Below, piece by piece: positions 1-14,455 of a DNA stretch of 64,000 nucleotides. Under the pieces are notes generated by a model. That model did not search any database. It was given only the letters and a program-made list of their open reading frames with translations, and was not told where the DNA came from. Made by a program: the position numbers and the translations under genes. Position 1 is the stretch's first letter, and each line of letters starts with the position of its first letter. The stretch is taken from positions 68,820,001-68,884,000 of the forward strand of contig NC_043009.1 of the NCBI RefSeq assembly GCF_006345805.1, read 5' to 3'. The stretch is from Octopus sinensis (taxonomy: Eukaryota).

Positions 1-376
1 AAGAGTGAAGTTGTGTGTCTGTCTCCTACGATTTATATTCGTAACTACTCCCACATTTTGCGGTGCAGTTTAACCAAAAGCGGGTATCTTATAGTCGTGA
101 TTCATATCGAGCCCTTCTGGGTATTAGCGCGCGTCTACGATGAGTCTACGATTTTAAAAAAATTTACCATCATATTTTTCCATTTTAATGCATATTTTTC
201 GTTATTATATAAGGGAAGTAACTCTCTAAAAATATCTACGATGTGTCAACGATTTAAAAAAAATTACCTTCATTTTTTTTCAATTTTTAATGCATTTTTT
301 CCTATTTTTTGGCTATAACTCTCTAAAAATGCTTATTTCCCTTACAAACCCGAGCAACGCCGGGCGATACTGCTAG
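1..376 (+). mobile_element. Non-autonomous Helitron-like element (5' end cut by window edge)
   Basis: Ends in a GC-rich hairpin cccg-agcaacgc-cggg (349-364) followed by CTAG (373-376) and T of a (TA)n tract. This is the canonical Helitron 3' end. Highly similar to the opposite-strand copy at 25761-26158. Confidence 0.75.
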
Positions 377-430
<54 letters not shown>

Positions 431-461
431 TATATATATATTATATATATATATATATATA
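377..461. repeat. (TA)n microsatellite
   Basis: Direct inspection. Confidence 0.95.
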
Positions 462-1020
462 CGTACGTACTTACTTGCATGAATCTTTCCAGCTATCGAA
501 AGTAAAACTGAATCGTTTTGTGCATTTGTATTAGAAAAAAATATATTTATTCTAATGAGAAGAACATGTTGATGGTGGAAAGATGAAGTTTTTTACTCTG
601 CTGGTTTTTAATGAATACTATAAAAAATGAAGGAGTGGAACGGTGGTATGGATGATGAGTAATACAGAATGAATTTTCGATCCCTATAAACTGCAAGTAT
701 TACTGATAAATAGCTCGAAATATAATCATTGCATATCGCTAGTATTTTTTCCATGGTCAATGCATCAAATATGTGAATACTAACTTAACTATCTGCACAT
801 ATGTATTGCATCTGTAAATTATTTAATTTCCAAACGATTCAAAATTTCCTGCACAAAAACATCTGGGTGTTCTTATATTTACTGATTCTTTCATCAACTT
901 CTTTGCAAAGTACAATGAAGGTTATGCTTCACTAATGAGATTAGAATAATACTGAAACATGCCCAAAGTTGTGTCCCGTACTCGCCTGAATAATTAAAAT
1001 AGTATTGACTTCTAACATCG

Positions 1021-1403
1021 ACACAAGACCTCGAATTTTTGGAATGAATATAGTGGGTTACCTTGAATCCAGTTTGATACAGTATTTCATCGACCCCGGA
1101 GGAATGAATGGCAGAGAGACGACCCTGTCGGAAGTTGAACTCTAAACGGAAATAGTCATATTCCAAGCGTTTTCCTCGTACTCTAAATGTTTCTTGCAAT
1201 AGGCACAAGACCTGAAATTTTGAAGGAGGATGAAGTCGATTGCTCAATTGGTTCTTATTTTATCGACCCCGAAGGTGTGAAAAGTAAAGTGGACGTCGGC
1301 GAAATTTGAACTGAGAACGTAAAGAAATTCCACCGCAGAAGGACAGGATAAACGCCTCTAAGCATTTTGTACGGCACGCCAACGATTCTGCCAGCTCGCC
1401 GCC
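1021..1403 (-). mobile_element. Two tandem degenerate tRNA-derived SINE copies (family A)
   Basis: Reverse complement of the ggcggcgagctggcagaatcgtt head, the gttcaaattc B-box-like segment and the cctttcggggtcgataaaataag core. Confidence 0.7.
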
Positions 1404-1617
1404 ATGGTTAAAATAATATTAGTCAATAACTAAGTCTCTTTCAACAAAGTATGATTATTTCTAGTAAGTGTTTGATGCTCCCTGCCTTGAAATGGTAACA
1501 CTAACTTCACGAGAGTGTTCCCATATTTGGAATAGTCTATTATCTGCATGAAGTATTGTTAAAAAAACGAAATGATAAAATATTCCTGGGTTACAAGTTC
1601 AGATCCGTTCCAGACGA

Positions 1618-1844
1618 AAGGCGGCGAGCTGGCAGAATCGTTAGCGCGCCGGGCGAAATGCTTAGCGGTATTTCGTCTGCCGCCTCGTTCTGAGTTCAAA
1701 TTCCGCCGGGGTCGGCTTTGCCTTTCATCCTTTCGGGTCGATGAAATAAGTACCAGTTACGCACTAGGGGCGATATAATCGACTTAATCCGTTTGTTCTT
1801 GTTGTCCCCTCTGTGTGTAGCCCCTTGTTGGCAGTAAAGAAATA
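1618..1844 (+). mobile_element. Full-length tRNA-derived SINE (family A) with 17-bp target-site duplication
   Basis: Head ggcggcgagctggcagaatcgttagc, B-box-like gagttcaaattcc, tail gtaaagaaata. TSD agatccgttccagacga at 1601-1617 and 1845-1861. Confidence 0.9.
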
Positions 1845-2425
1845 AGATCCGTTCCAGACGATACTTTTCGGCTTTACTCAGTCAATAAACCGGAAGTGAA
1901 TAATTCGTTACTAGCGATTGAGGTAGAATCAGTTTGAAATAGCATTCTGTAGATCTTACTTAACGTATATAGAAAGCCACAATGCTGCAGTATCTGCCTT
2001 GAGGAAGCTTCTCGTATACACGTATAGTGATTTTTAGCGTTTGCGTCTATTGATACATAGAAGTGTATCAGTAACAAACGAAAAGCGTCCAGTAGCGACA
2101 CTTGTTACTGATGACGTGCAAAGACTCAGAAATGTGATTTAGCAATTCCGACACCCTTCTGTGCTTTTTAGCACTATACGTCTGAAGCTTTCGCAAGACG
2201 AACATTGCAGTTTTGTGGCTTTCGATAGTATATCCCTGTTAAATAAGAAATATATAATGCTATAACTGTAGTGAATGATGTTTTTATTTGCCAAAAATGA
2301 TGTTCTGCAGCAAACTCTCAATTTCGATGCAATATCTCTATATTTAAGAAACAAGAGAGTGAGAAAAATGTGGAAAATGGAGCCAAATGCTCACTCACTC
2401 GCACACATATAGGAATATAAATATA

Positions 2426-2838
2426 CTCTTTACTCTCTCTTTTACTCTTTTACTTGTTTCAGTCATTTGACTGCGGCCATGCTGGAGCATCGCCTTTAGT
2501 CGAGCAATTCGACCCCGGGACTTATTCTTCGTAAGCCCAGTACTTATTATATCGGTCTCTTTAGCCGATCCGCTAAGTGACGGGGGCGTAAACACACCAG
2601 CATCAGTTGTCAAACAATGCTAGGGGGACAAACACAAACACAAACACACACATATATATATATATACATATATACGACAGGCTTCTTTCAGTTTCCGTCT
2701 ACCAAATCCACTCACAAGGCATTGGTCGGCCCGGGGCTAAAGCAGAAGACACTTGCCCAAGATGCCACGCAGTGGGACTGAACCCGGAACCATGTGGTTG
2801 GTTAGCAAGCTACTTACCACACAGCCACTCCTGCGCCT
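2426..2838 (-). mobile_element. tRNA-derived SINE (family B), full length
   Basis: Reverse complement of the aggcgcaggagtggctgtgtggtaag...ggttccgggttcagtccc head and gactgaaacaagtaaaagagtaaaaga tail. Other copies lie at 11.7, 24.2, 50, 58, 61.5 and 63.7 kb. Confidence 0.85.
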
Positions 2839-3121
2839 GTTTATACTGTGACAACGATAAATAAAACCATTAATCTTTAATTAAATGTATTGTTTAGTAT
2901 AAACAGTTTCTTGGGAACTATTTCAGAAATATGAGAAAGAACGAGAACGCCTATCAGTTTGATTTGGCCAGGCCAGGTTAATCGTTGCTGCTTTATCTCT
3001 TCAAAGCAAACTCTCTTGTTGTCTCTTCTCAAGTTTCTCTTTGCTTTGGGAATCAACAGGTGGCGTTGCTCTGACACCACACCTTATCTCTTCTTCTGTT
3101 CTTCCTTCCTTTCTCTGCTTC

Positions 3122-3125
<4 letters not shown>

Positions 3126-3193
<68 letters not shown>
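3126..3193. repeat. (CT)n microsatellite
   Basis: Direct inspection. Confidence 0.95.
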
Positions 3194-3197
<4 letters not shown>

Positions 3198-3421
3198 GTT
3201 GGTGTTCATCTGTTTGTTTGTGTCTGGGCTTTTTTCTTTTGTCTTTTTTTTGTTCTTCTTCCGTTCGATACTTTCTCCAGACCGTTTCCTTTGAACCAGC
3301 CCTGACCACATCGCTAAATATTTTCTACAGTCTTCAAATCCGGTTGTCTGTCGCTGACATTCAAATTTGGCTTTCAATATCAATTGGAACCGGACTTTGA
3401 TGTCGTCGGTTTACACTATAT

Positions 3422-3473
<52 letters not shown>

Positions 3474-4159
3474 TATATATATATATATGCGTGCGTGTGT
3501 ATAAACATATGTGTGTGTATATATATATGCGTGTGTGTGTGTCTCTGTGTGTGTGTGTGTGTGTGGTGTGGTGTGTTGTGTGTCTGTGTGTCTGTGTGTC
3601 TGTGTGTGTGTCTGTGTGTGTGTAGAGTGTTAGGTGTGGTGTACAGAAATTGAATATTGAGAAAAAAATGTCGTCAGAATTTTGGAAAAAAAATCTTTTT
3701 ATTTCATTATCGTTAGCACTTTCGTTCCATTCTCGAACTTGTCAAAGAAAATTCTGTGGAAGTACAAACAGCTCGTTCATTTATATAAAACATGTTTTTG
3801 GGGCGAGGTTGTTTAGAGGAGAACATTGTTTTTGTTTTTTTGGGGCGAAGTTCCGTGACAGTGGAGCTGGATTGATAGGAATATAGGTAGGTCGATAGAT
3901 ATGTTTCTTTATTAGCCACACAGGGCTGCACACAGATAGAACAAATTACAAGGTAGAGCTTTTCTTTTGAAGGTTTAAAAAAAAAAAAAAAAGGAAGGGG
4001 GAGTTTCGATCAAAAGAGATCGTAAAAGGAGAGAAAGAGGACAAAAAAAGGGGGGTTAAAAAAAAGGGGGAGAAGAAAAAAAAAATTGATCAATAGGGAT
4101 CGTTATCACAGAAATGTCAATATGCAGTGTAAAGGGGAGGACAGGTGAGGACAGGTAGG

Positions 4160-4161
4160 TC

Positions 4162-4243
<82 letters not shown>

Positions 4244-4314
4244 CAGACAGACGAACAGACTGACAGACAGACAGATAGACAGACGGACAGGCAGACAGAC
4301 AGACATATAGATAA

Positions 4315-4355
<41 letters not shown>

Positions 4356-4356
4356 G

Positions 4357-4390
<34 letters not shown>
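4160..4390. repeat. Compound (GATA)n/(GACA)n/(GA)n microsatellite
   Basis: Direct inspection. Explains the YLSI-repeat ORFs. Confidence 0.95.
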
Positions 4391-4392
<2 letters not shown>

Positions 4393-4419
4393 AGGGGTAT
4401 CCCCCTTCCTATTCACCAT

Positions 4420-4450
<31 letters not shown>

Positions 4451-4657
4451 GTCCTTTTCCATTGTATTTGAATGGGTTTAAGAATGGTGACCTATTCAAA
4501 AAAAAACCGGTGCGGTTTGGTCATCACTGAAAGTCATTTTCCTTTCTTTCTCTTTTCCCCTTTCCTTCTTTTTCCCTCTTTCTTTCTTTTTCTCCTCTTT
4601 GAGTTATATTTAGAATACAAAATGTACTGTTTCCTCTTCAAAACAATCAAAAACATG

Positions 4658-4697
<40 letters not shown>

Positions 4698-4836
4698 CAC
4701 ACACGCACACACACACACACACTTCATCAAGGGATTCTCTCCAAAATTAAATGTTTTAAAAAAACTACCTAGACCCGTGTCTCCAATGCAAGAAATTGTT
4801 AGCAGCTCGTATCTTTAAACTATGTACATTAAATGG

Positions 4837-4874
<38 letters not shown>

Positions 4875-4907
4875 TATTTCTACACCACACACAAAAACAA
4901 ACACACA

Positions 4908-4975
<68 letters not shown>

Positions 4976-5461
4976 TCATACAACCATGCATACAAACGTA
5001 TATTTGTCTCAAGTGCAAATATGAGAAGACGGTTATTATCAAATTAATGAGATCAGCCACTCAACAGTTTGATACTGTTTGACCGATTCTTTATTTATAT
5101 TGTTTTCTACTCGCCCTAGTTTACAAAATTAGTTCCTTGAAAGGCAAAGTAACATTAAATTTATTATTTAAAAAAAACAGTGATATTTTATCAATGTTTG
5201 GATAAATGTATTCTTAAAGTCTCTATTTCTTTTTCTGGACACAGCGAGCAAGCTATATGAAGAATATGAATTATCCACGTGACATTGTAATTGTTCTTAC
5301 AGTTTGTCCCAGAACTATGCAGGGGATCAATATATTACCAATATATACATTTACAACAACCCCCCCCCCCCATCTCCATCTGTAACTTGTTTGATTAGGG
5401 CTAACGCACGGAAACCTTGGTCCTGGAGTCACTCTGTTGCGTCTCCTAAATATTAATAACA

Positions 5462-5687
5462 ATAATAATGGTTTCAAATTTTACCACAAGGCCAGCAATT
5501 TCGAGGAAGTGGGTAAGCCGATGACATTGACCCCAGTGTTCAACTGGTACTTATTTTATCGACCCCGAAAGGATGAAAGGCAAAGCCGACCTCGGCGGAA
5601 TTTGAACTCAGAACGTAACGTCGTCAGACGAAATGCCGCGAAGCATTTTGCCTGGCGTGCTAATAATTCTGCCAGCTCACCGCCTTA
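5462..5687 (-). mobile_element. SINE family A variant between (AAT)n tracts
   Basis: ggtttcaaatttt...cacaaggccagcaatt tail, core, and ctgccagctcaccgcc head. Confidence 0.85.
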
Positions 5688-5838
<151 letters not shown>

Positions 5839-6040
5839 TTGAGTTCAACTTTTTTTAATTTAACCTTAAAAAAAATAATAACGAACTATTGAGTTTGGTT
5901 TAATGGCCTACCAATATATACTATGAGTTTCTTTGCCCTAGGAGTCGGGAAGACGCTCGGCAAGAAATGGAAGCAAATTTGAAAGAAGAAGAAAAAAATA
6001 ATAATAATAATATAGATAGTTAGATAGGTAAATTGATAGT

Positions 6041-6177
<137 letters not shown>

Positions 6178-6534
6178 GAAACTTACTTGGAAATGGATGC
6201 GTGGCGTTCGATCATATAATAATATAAATTATATTTACATGTGCATGCCTACATATATATGTATATATACATGCAGACATGGATACAGGACGTCAAAATA
6301 AAAACGTGAACAAAATGAGAAACGAGAACATAAAAAATACAAGGAGAACGAACTTTTTTCGAAAAACGAAAGAAACAAATAAAGAAACAAGACAGGCAAC
6401 ATAAAGAACAATCCCTTCATCAGTTGTCCCCTGTTTTATCTACTCCACGTTTCTAACGTAGGGACAAGACGTGATTTCGTTAAAACAGTCGTTCCCGCAA
6501 AACAAATTTTTTAAAATTTGGGATTTGCGGAGGG

Positions 6535-6752
<218 letters not shown>

Positions 6753-6756
<4 letters not shown>

Positions 6757-6908
6757 CAAAATGGGACAAGAACGCGAAACATCCGGACAACTACATGATA
6801 CAAAAAGGGACAACAAACCATCCAGATAGACGATGCAAAAAACACAAGACGGGGTCATTCGAAGCTTCATATCCTCAGTCAAGAACCGGATCATCCTCGC
6901 ATTTTCGG
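6753..6908 (-). repeat. Interspersed ~155-bp repeat abutting (TA)n, unclassified
   Basis: Near-identical reverse-complement copy at 28511-28665 (ccgaaattgcgaggatgatccggttcttgactgaggat...gtcccattttgtatt). Both copies adjoin (TA)n. Confidence 0.75.
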
Positions 6909-7200
6909 GCCTAGTGGTTAGAGCGTTGCACTTACGATCAAAAGACCGTGGTTTCAATACCTAGACCGAGTGGTACAGTGTGTTCTTGAGCAAAAACGCT
7001 TCCTCTAACGTTTCTCCGCGCTCACTTCGACATCTAGCTCGTGGCGCTCCGAGCACCTGTTAAGGCAACGTCGATCTGATGAAGGGAGACAACTAATGTG
7101 CGGCACACGGATTTGATCGCTATAAACAAATCATTTGTGCCTGTCGTTCGACAAACGCTGAACGCTCACACATCGTCTTGGACGAGAGAGTCCGTCATAT
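6908..7200 (+). mobile_element. tRNA-derived SINE (family E)
   Basis: A-box-like ggcctagtggttagagcg and B-box-like ggtttcaatacc, followed by non-tRNA body gtgttcttgagcaaaa. Confidence 0.65.
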
Positions 7201-9083
7201 ATACGCACTCATGTGTTTGAGTTCTGTCTACTCTTTTCACTACCAAATCTATTTCTGATTATAATTATATAAGCTATAATTCCTATTTCTTATATGTAAA
7301 CTGCACAACAGATAGGAGCAGAAAGAAATGGTAAAAAAATAAAATTCTACGTAGGTTTTAATGATGCACCGCCATTACTCTCAGACCCAACACTAAGGAA
7401 ATAAAGTAACAGTTTCCGCCCTGTTTTTTTATGTTTCATTGTTTGATTGATTAACCTGCCATTCTGGTAATATCATAGACTTCACTAATGGTAAGAAGGG
7501 CGTATATTTTGAATGATGGTAAACAATAGAAAATGGCCCACGCTCTTAGGAAGATCAGACAGAAGGCTTTCTGATAAATAGCATTCTTCTGTTGCTTCTA
7601 AGCTGAAGAATATGTCACTGGACTCCTTCGCTGTGAGAAAAGCATTCTGCGATAGTTTCGAATCAACGAGATACGTGGTCGTTTGGCCTGCATATATATA
7701 GCACCGAAATCACCTTTAAGACCATACTTTGGCTAATGTAGTCTTAGATACACAAAAACGATGGATATTCCCGACCAGAAATTCTTTAATTATAGATGAA
7801 CTCGATCAGATCTGAGCTGGTTCTAAACAACAAAACCCATCATCGACAGGCAGGGAGGAAATGTGTTGCTTTTTTTTTCTTACAGCTTAAATCTTCACCA
7901 TCTCAAGTTGAACACAATCCACCACTGCCAGCCCCCGTAGAGACCTATGGAGACCTTCCTGGATCTTTATTTTTGTTTATCCCTTTATTTCAGTTTATCC
8001 TTCACAACTAGAGTCACCCGAGAACATCGGCTGAACCGACTGCATTGACGGGAGAAGGAGCGAAAGCGCCTGTTGGTGCTTCAAAACCAGTATTTGGAGC
8101 AGAAGAAACTCAATAATTTGAAAATACAGAGGGATGGAACTCTGTTATCAAACCTCTGCTGCCTCGCGGCAGTACCTATCCATGCTGAAGATTTCAAGAG
8201 CAAACTTTGAGAAAAATAATCTGCTACTTAAATCTCATTTTGTTTCTTTTCCGATTTCAATTAAATATGAAGTGTCTAACAATACAAAAAAAAAATAAAG
8301 ACATGAAAGAGCTAATGGAAGAAATTTTCGAAGTCGTCACTTTTCCTGCTAAAAGCAACAGCTAAATCCTTTAGAAATTACACTCGTGTGTCTTAAATAA
8401 AGAAGTACATGCTGGACAAAAAGGGAAATGTAGTCGCTGATATTCAAAGTAAGATGATCACTGCTGAAACCTTTTTGATCACAGGTCTGCTCGATAGGGG
8501 CTGGGGGTAGTTAGCCGATTACATCGACCCTAGTATTTGACTGGTACTTATTTTATCAGCCCTGAAAAGATGAAAGACAAGGCCGACCTTGGTGCCATTT
8601 GACCTCAGAACGTTGAAGCCCGAAGAAATACTGGTAAGTATCTTTGCGATGTGCGAACCATTTTGCCAACTCCTTAAACAACAGCAGCAATGATAGGAAT
8701 TGATAGGGTAAAAGAAAAAAGAAACAGAACTGACCTGTAAACAATACAAACAAAACCAGCAAATTCTTGGCCATTATGGATTTTTGGGGCTTTTCTCTTT
8801 TGTTCCTTATTGTGTTTCCAATCCAAGTTCTAACCTTCACACAACCACTCGGCAGACAAAGAATGAGAACAGAAAAAATCGACTTTTAATTTAACAGTCT
8901 TAGAGTGGCCGAAGTCTGGAATAAACAAGAAAGTAGCCACTTAAATCAGTCAGATATATTCACAGATACTTACACATATATTCACTACACACACAAACAC
9001 GTGTGTGTCTCAGCGTGCATGCATATATAGACACATACATAGATGTGTGTGTGTGTGTGAGTGTGTGGTGTGTGTGTGTGTGT

Positions 9084-9163
<80 letters not shown>

Positions 9164-9462
9164 CTAGCAGCAGCATAAGTGCCTGTGTCAGATGTCTGTC
9201 ATAAGTGTCTTCAGAACGAAGAAAATAAGTTCTGAAGACGTTCTAAAAAAAATGGATGGACATTATTGCAACAAAATAAATGTCCTTCATGCATAAAATA
9301 TAAAAGAAGAAACATGCAAATGGGAAGAAAGAAAGGAAGGAAGGAAGAAAGAAAGAAAGGAAGGAAGAAAAGAAAGAAAGAAAGAAAGAAAGATGAGAGC
9401 GAATCAAATGGGAATTGAAATTCTATCTCTCAGTTAGATATATGACCACATTTCTTTTATGC

Positions 9463-9740
9463 CGTGGAGGTACATAGCCAAGTGGTTAGAGCAGCAGACT
9501 CGCGGCCGAGGGATCGTGGGTTCGAATCTCAGACCGGGCGATGTGTGTGCTTACGAGCGAAACGCCTAAGCTCCACGCGGTTCCGGCAGAAGGTAATGGC
9601 CAACTTCTGCTGACCTTTTCGCCACAACTTTCTTTCACTCTTTCCTCCTGCGACGGACCAGCGTCCCGTGCAGGTGGGGAACCTATACGGCAATGAAACT
9701 GGGAAACCAGCCCTTATGAGCCAGGCATGGTTCGAGTAAG
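9463..9740 (+). mobile_element. tRNA-derived SINE
   Basis: tagccaagtggttagagcagc...gggttcgaatctc head with A/B boxes, then an unrelated body. Confidence 0.65.
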
Positions 9741-10489
9741 AACAGACAACAGCAGTTCCAAGTGGCTCCGAGGGGGAAGTGAACCCCGCTGTACTCTTTC
9801 ACCACAACTTTCTCTCACTCTTTCTTCCTACTTCTGCCACAAAGCAGAGGAACCATGGTGTAACCCATTATGGTGTGGTAAACTTTCAGACCCTAGTCTG
9901 GATTGCGAATCCTCTGTACCCAGTATGGTTCAGCTCTCCACCCGTTAAAAGCCATCGTTTGCGGAATGAGGGTAACAACGTAGCTTTCAGGCCCATGCAA
10001 CCGCCAGTCTATCGCGTGTGGTGGGTGGATCTTTAAGTTGCCACACGCATTCTTAGTAGCTTAGAGTAGGCTCGAATTAGAGATTATTCTTTGTGGCTAA
10101 TGGCGTGAGTCCTGATTGGAAGAAAAAGAAGAACAACAACAGTACTTCTGTACGAAATGTTTTCAAACTAATTCTTGGCAATCCAAAAATTTACATGATT
10201 CCATTTATATTCATCATTATTTTTTTTTTTTTTTTGCTTCAGTACTACGTATTAACTATTTGACTGCGTAATTAAATTCCCTGATTATTCCCATAATTAT
10301 GTTAATTATCCACCCAATAAAATAGAATTGATATTTTCTGCTTCTGCAATATTTTCCCAGCATCTCTTGTCGATACGGTTTTCATATCCACCACTAAAAG
10401 TATTTGATTTTTACTCTGTAAAGCGATATTTGATTAAATATGGTGCGTGGGGGGGGGGTCTGAAAAATAGTCTTATTTGTAAAAAGTGT

Positions 10490-10810
10490 TAGCTGGTAAT
10501 CCGTCGGTTGCGACGAAGAGGGTTCCATTTGATTCGATCAACGGAACAGCCTCGTTGTGAAATTAACGTGCAAGTGGATGAGTACTCCACAGACACGTAG
10601 ACTCTTAAAGGGGGATTCAGAGTGACACCGAATCTAACAAAGCTGGCCCCTTTGAATTACAGGTACAACTCAGTTTTTTCCAGTTGAGTGGACTGAAGCA
10701 ACGTGAAATAAAGGGTCTTGCTCAAGGACACAATGCGTCACCGGGAATTGAACTCACGACCTTCTGATCGTGAGCCGAATACCCGAACCACTAAGCCAAG
10801 CGCCTTCACC
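10490..10810 (-). mobile_element. tRNA-derived SINE (family D), CpG-intact copy
   Basis: Reverse complement of tggcttagtggttcgggtattcggctcacgatcagaaggtcgtgagttcaattcccggtgacgcattgtgtccttgagcaag. Decayed copies at 43270-43520 and 48970-49255. Confidence 0.8.
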
Positions 10811-11692
10811 GCGGGGTCCGGTAATGTCGCTAAGACAGCCCTGATCGGAAATTTGGTGAACTGAATCAAATTTAGCGAGGCTGTTATAGAGTTTGTAAAG
10901 TTGTTGCATTTCAGGATCATATCGTTACTATTACGCAAAAGTGTCGTAAGTCCAAAACGTTGCTTTTTCTGAAAACGAAAAAATACTTTCACCATTTCAC
11001 ATCAAAACCGTTGTACTTCACATTGACAATTTTTTTGATATCTTAGTATCTGACGCAGCCGGAGATACGATAGTTTGACCAAAAGAACTGGCTATTGTAA
11101 GCAAAAATAAATATTGAAAAAAAAACGCATTTGGCCAAACTGAACATTCGACAATTGAACATAATGATTGCAGAGTGTTGCGTTGATCCACCGAGTTGTA
11201 TTCCTCGGCATGAAAAAGTACATCTCGTATTTAGATCAAATATTTAGAGAGAAAAACTAACACGAGGTGAGGAAATACAGGCAGATGCCACATCTGTTAC
11301 AAGCCTGGATTGTGAATAAAAATGTTTATGGGGTCAATTTGACATGGAAGATCGGTTACCGTAGAAAAAATGCGAAAGAATGAAAGGTTGTTTCTTTTTT
11401 ATAATAGTGATAGAAAGAAGAAAGAGAAAGAATGCGAGATGTGAGTGCTGGGGAGGAAGAGAGAGAGAGAGAGAGAGAGAGAGAAAATGCAATTTGGCAA
11501 GAGACCAGAGATTAAATATTTTCAGTATGAAAAATTAAAAAGCCAGGCGGATTGATTTCTTCAAGATGCAGTTAAGGAATGCAGTCAAAAGATGTACGTC
11601 ATCTCAAATATGAAAGCTTTACTTTCTCGCAGAATTTACGAACAGGAATGGAGTATTTCAATATTCTTAAGAAAATCTAAGTATTTCTGGTC

Positions 11693-12180
<488 letters not shown>

Positions 12181-12184
12181 ACTA

Positions 12185-12620
12185 TGCTGGTTTCAAATTT
12201 TGGCTCAAGGCCAGCAATTTTGGGGGCCAATCGATTACATCGACCCCTGTTCTCAACTGGTACTTATTCCATCGACCCCGAAAGGGTAACAAGTAAAGTC
12301 GACTTTGGCAGAATTTGAACTCAGAACGTGAAAACGGACGAAAAGTCGCTAAATATTTTGTCCGGGGAACTAACGATTCTGCCAGCTCGCCGCCACTTAG
12401 CTTTTGGTAATAATCTTTTCTGCAATAGGCACAGAGCCCGAAATTTGAGGGGAGAGGATATTCAATTATTTGAACCCCAGTGCGTGACTGGTATTTATTT
12501 CATCGACCCCCGAAAGGCTAAGTCGACCTCGGCGGAATTTGAACTCAGAACGTAGCGGCAGACGAAATACCGCTAAACATTTCGCCCGGCGTGCTAACGA
12601 TTCTGCCAGCCCGCCGCCAT
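12185..12620 (-). mobile_element. Two tandem SINE family A copies
   Basis: Two heads (ctgccagctcgccgcc, ctgccagcccgccgcc) and two cores. Confidence 0.8.
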
Positions 12621-12639
12621 TTAACTTTTGGTAGTAGTA

Positions 12640-12704
<65 letters not shown>

Positions 12705-12752
12705 ATAATAATAATAATAATGATGATTTTTAAAAATAGTAATAATAATAAA

Positions 12753-13060
12753 AATAGAAAGGAAAGTCAATAGATATGACAGGTTAGCTTGGGAAGTTAA
12801 GCAGTTGTGGTCGATGAAAAAGGTGGCTGTAGTACAAATAACTGTCGGAGCCCCGGGAACAGTGAGTAAAAATCTTGAGAAGTACATGGAGCAAATAGGG
12901 GCTGCAATAAGGGTGGAGCACTTGCAGAAAATGCACTGCTTAGAACCACTCGAATACTCCGGAAGGTGCTCGAAAAATAAGAGGTGTTACCTTAGTTCAC
13001 TGGTAGTGAACAGCTGACATCAGAGTACATCGCCAGCGTTAGAAGCTGTGAAAAGGTAAC
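12753..13060 (+). mobile_element. 5'-truncated R4/Dong-like (RLE) non-LTR retrotransposon 3' end
   Basis: Translates ERKVNRYDRLAWEVKQLWSMKKVAVVQITVGAPGTVSKNLEKYMEQIG...HLQK/ALLRTTRILRKVLEK* (one frameshift), matching the RLE C-terminus. Followed by (AAT)n. Confidence 0.75.
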
Positions 13061-13110
<50 letters not shown>

Positions 13111-13347
13111 GTGCTCATGGGAACTGCTCATATCCTACGCAAAATACTCTCTATGTAATCCCAAGGTTTAAAACAAACTTTTTTTTTCTTTTTTTATTAG
13201 ACATTCACTAGTACAACACCAAAAACAAACCAAATATATGGCACATTAGGCATAACAACAACGTGAACTTCCAACCTGTTGTCTCTTGAGGTCTCTGGGT
13301 GAGACTTGGAGCCAACTTGTACATACATAAAGCAAAAGTCAAACATA

Positions 13348-13348
<1 letters not shown>
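13111..13348 (+). mobile_element. Second 5'-truncated R4/Dong-like 3' end
   Basis: VLMGTAHILRKILSM* plus a distinct 3' UTR; flanked on both sides by (AAT)n. Confidence 0.7.
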
Positions 13349-13407
<59 letters not shown>

Positions 13408-13820
13408 GGGTTATGGTTAGGGTTGGTCAGACGAAAGGAAAAAATTGTTCTTCAGTTTATCTCTATACAGGTAAAGTGAAGTTGTCAAAATTTTCGCAGG
13501 AAATGATAAAATGGAATGAAATAGAAATAAAATGAAATAAAGTAATATACCTATTTGATTACATTTACGAATTCCAAGGAGAATGGTTATGCCTCAAGCA
13601 CTAGACGAAAAAATTCTTGCACGTAATAACAGTGAATATTTTATTTCATTTCATTTCTTTGGAAAACCTGAAAACTTCACGCGTGATTTCGATGTCACAT
13701 TCGTTGAAAGCATGCGAAATAACCTGGAAAAGAAAGAAAAAATCATCCCGCGAATCAAACTCCGTTGCTGGTAAAATCAGACTTTCCAAGTGACCGAATG
13801 GGCCACGAGTAGTCTAGCCT

Positions 13821-13877
<57 letters not shown>

Positions 13878-13892
13878 TAATATATATATATA

Positions 13893-13936
<44 letters not shown>

Positions 13937-14178
13937 TATATATATATATATACATACATACATACATACATACATACATACATACATACATACATACATA
14001 CATAATACATACATACATACATATAATAAACGGCAGGCTTCTTTCAGTTTCCGTCCACCAAATTCACTCACAAGGCTTTGCACGTCCCTAGGCTTTAGAA
14101 GATACTAGCCCATGGTGACACGGAACGATGTGGTTAGGAATCAAACTTCTTACCATACAGCCACGCCAGCGCCTATAT

Positions 14179-14249
<71 letters not shown>

Positions 14250-14326
14250 TATATGTATGTTTGTATACTATTATTGTTATTAATAATAATTACAAGAAGA
14301 AGAAGAAGAAGAAGAAGAAGAAGAAG

Positions 14327-14372
<46 letters not shown>

Positions 14373-14455
14373 GCAACAACAACAACAACAACAATTATAA
14401 AATTACTATTTTTAAATCTCACAACTTGAGATATTCAGCAACAGTACTTTGGAGG

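Noticed and set aside
6405-6470. Hammerhead-like CTGATGAAG and GAAACG on the minus strand
   Set aside because: The order and pairing do not give stems I and III; the triplet would be GUG.
9463-9545. tRNA genes (also heads at 6908, 10740, 24190, 35800)
   Set aside because: A/B boxes are present but there is no complete cloverleaf or acceptor stem, and each continues into a SINE body.
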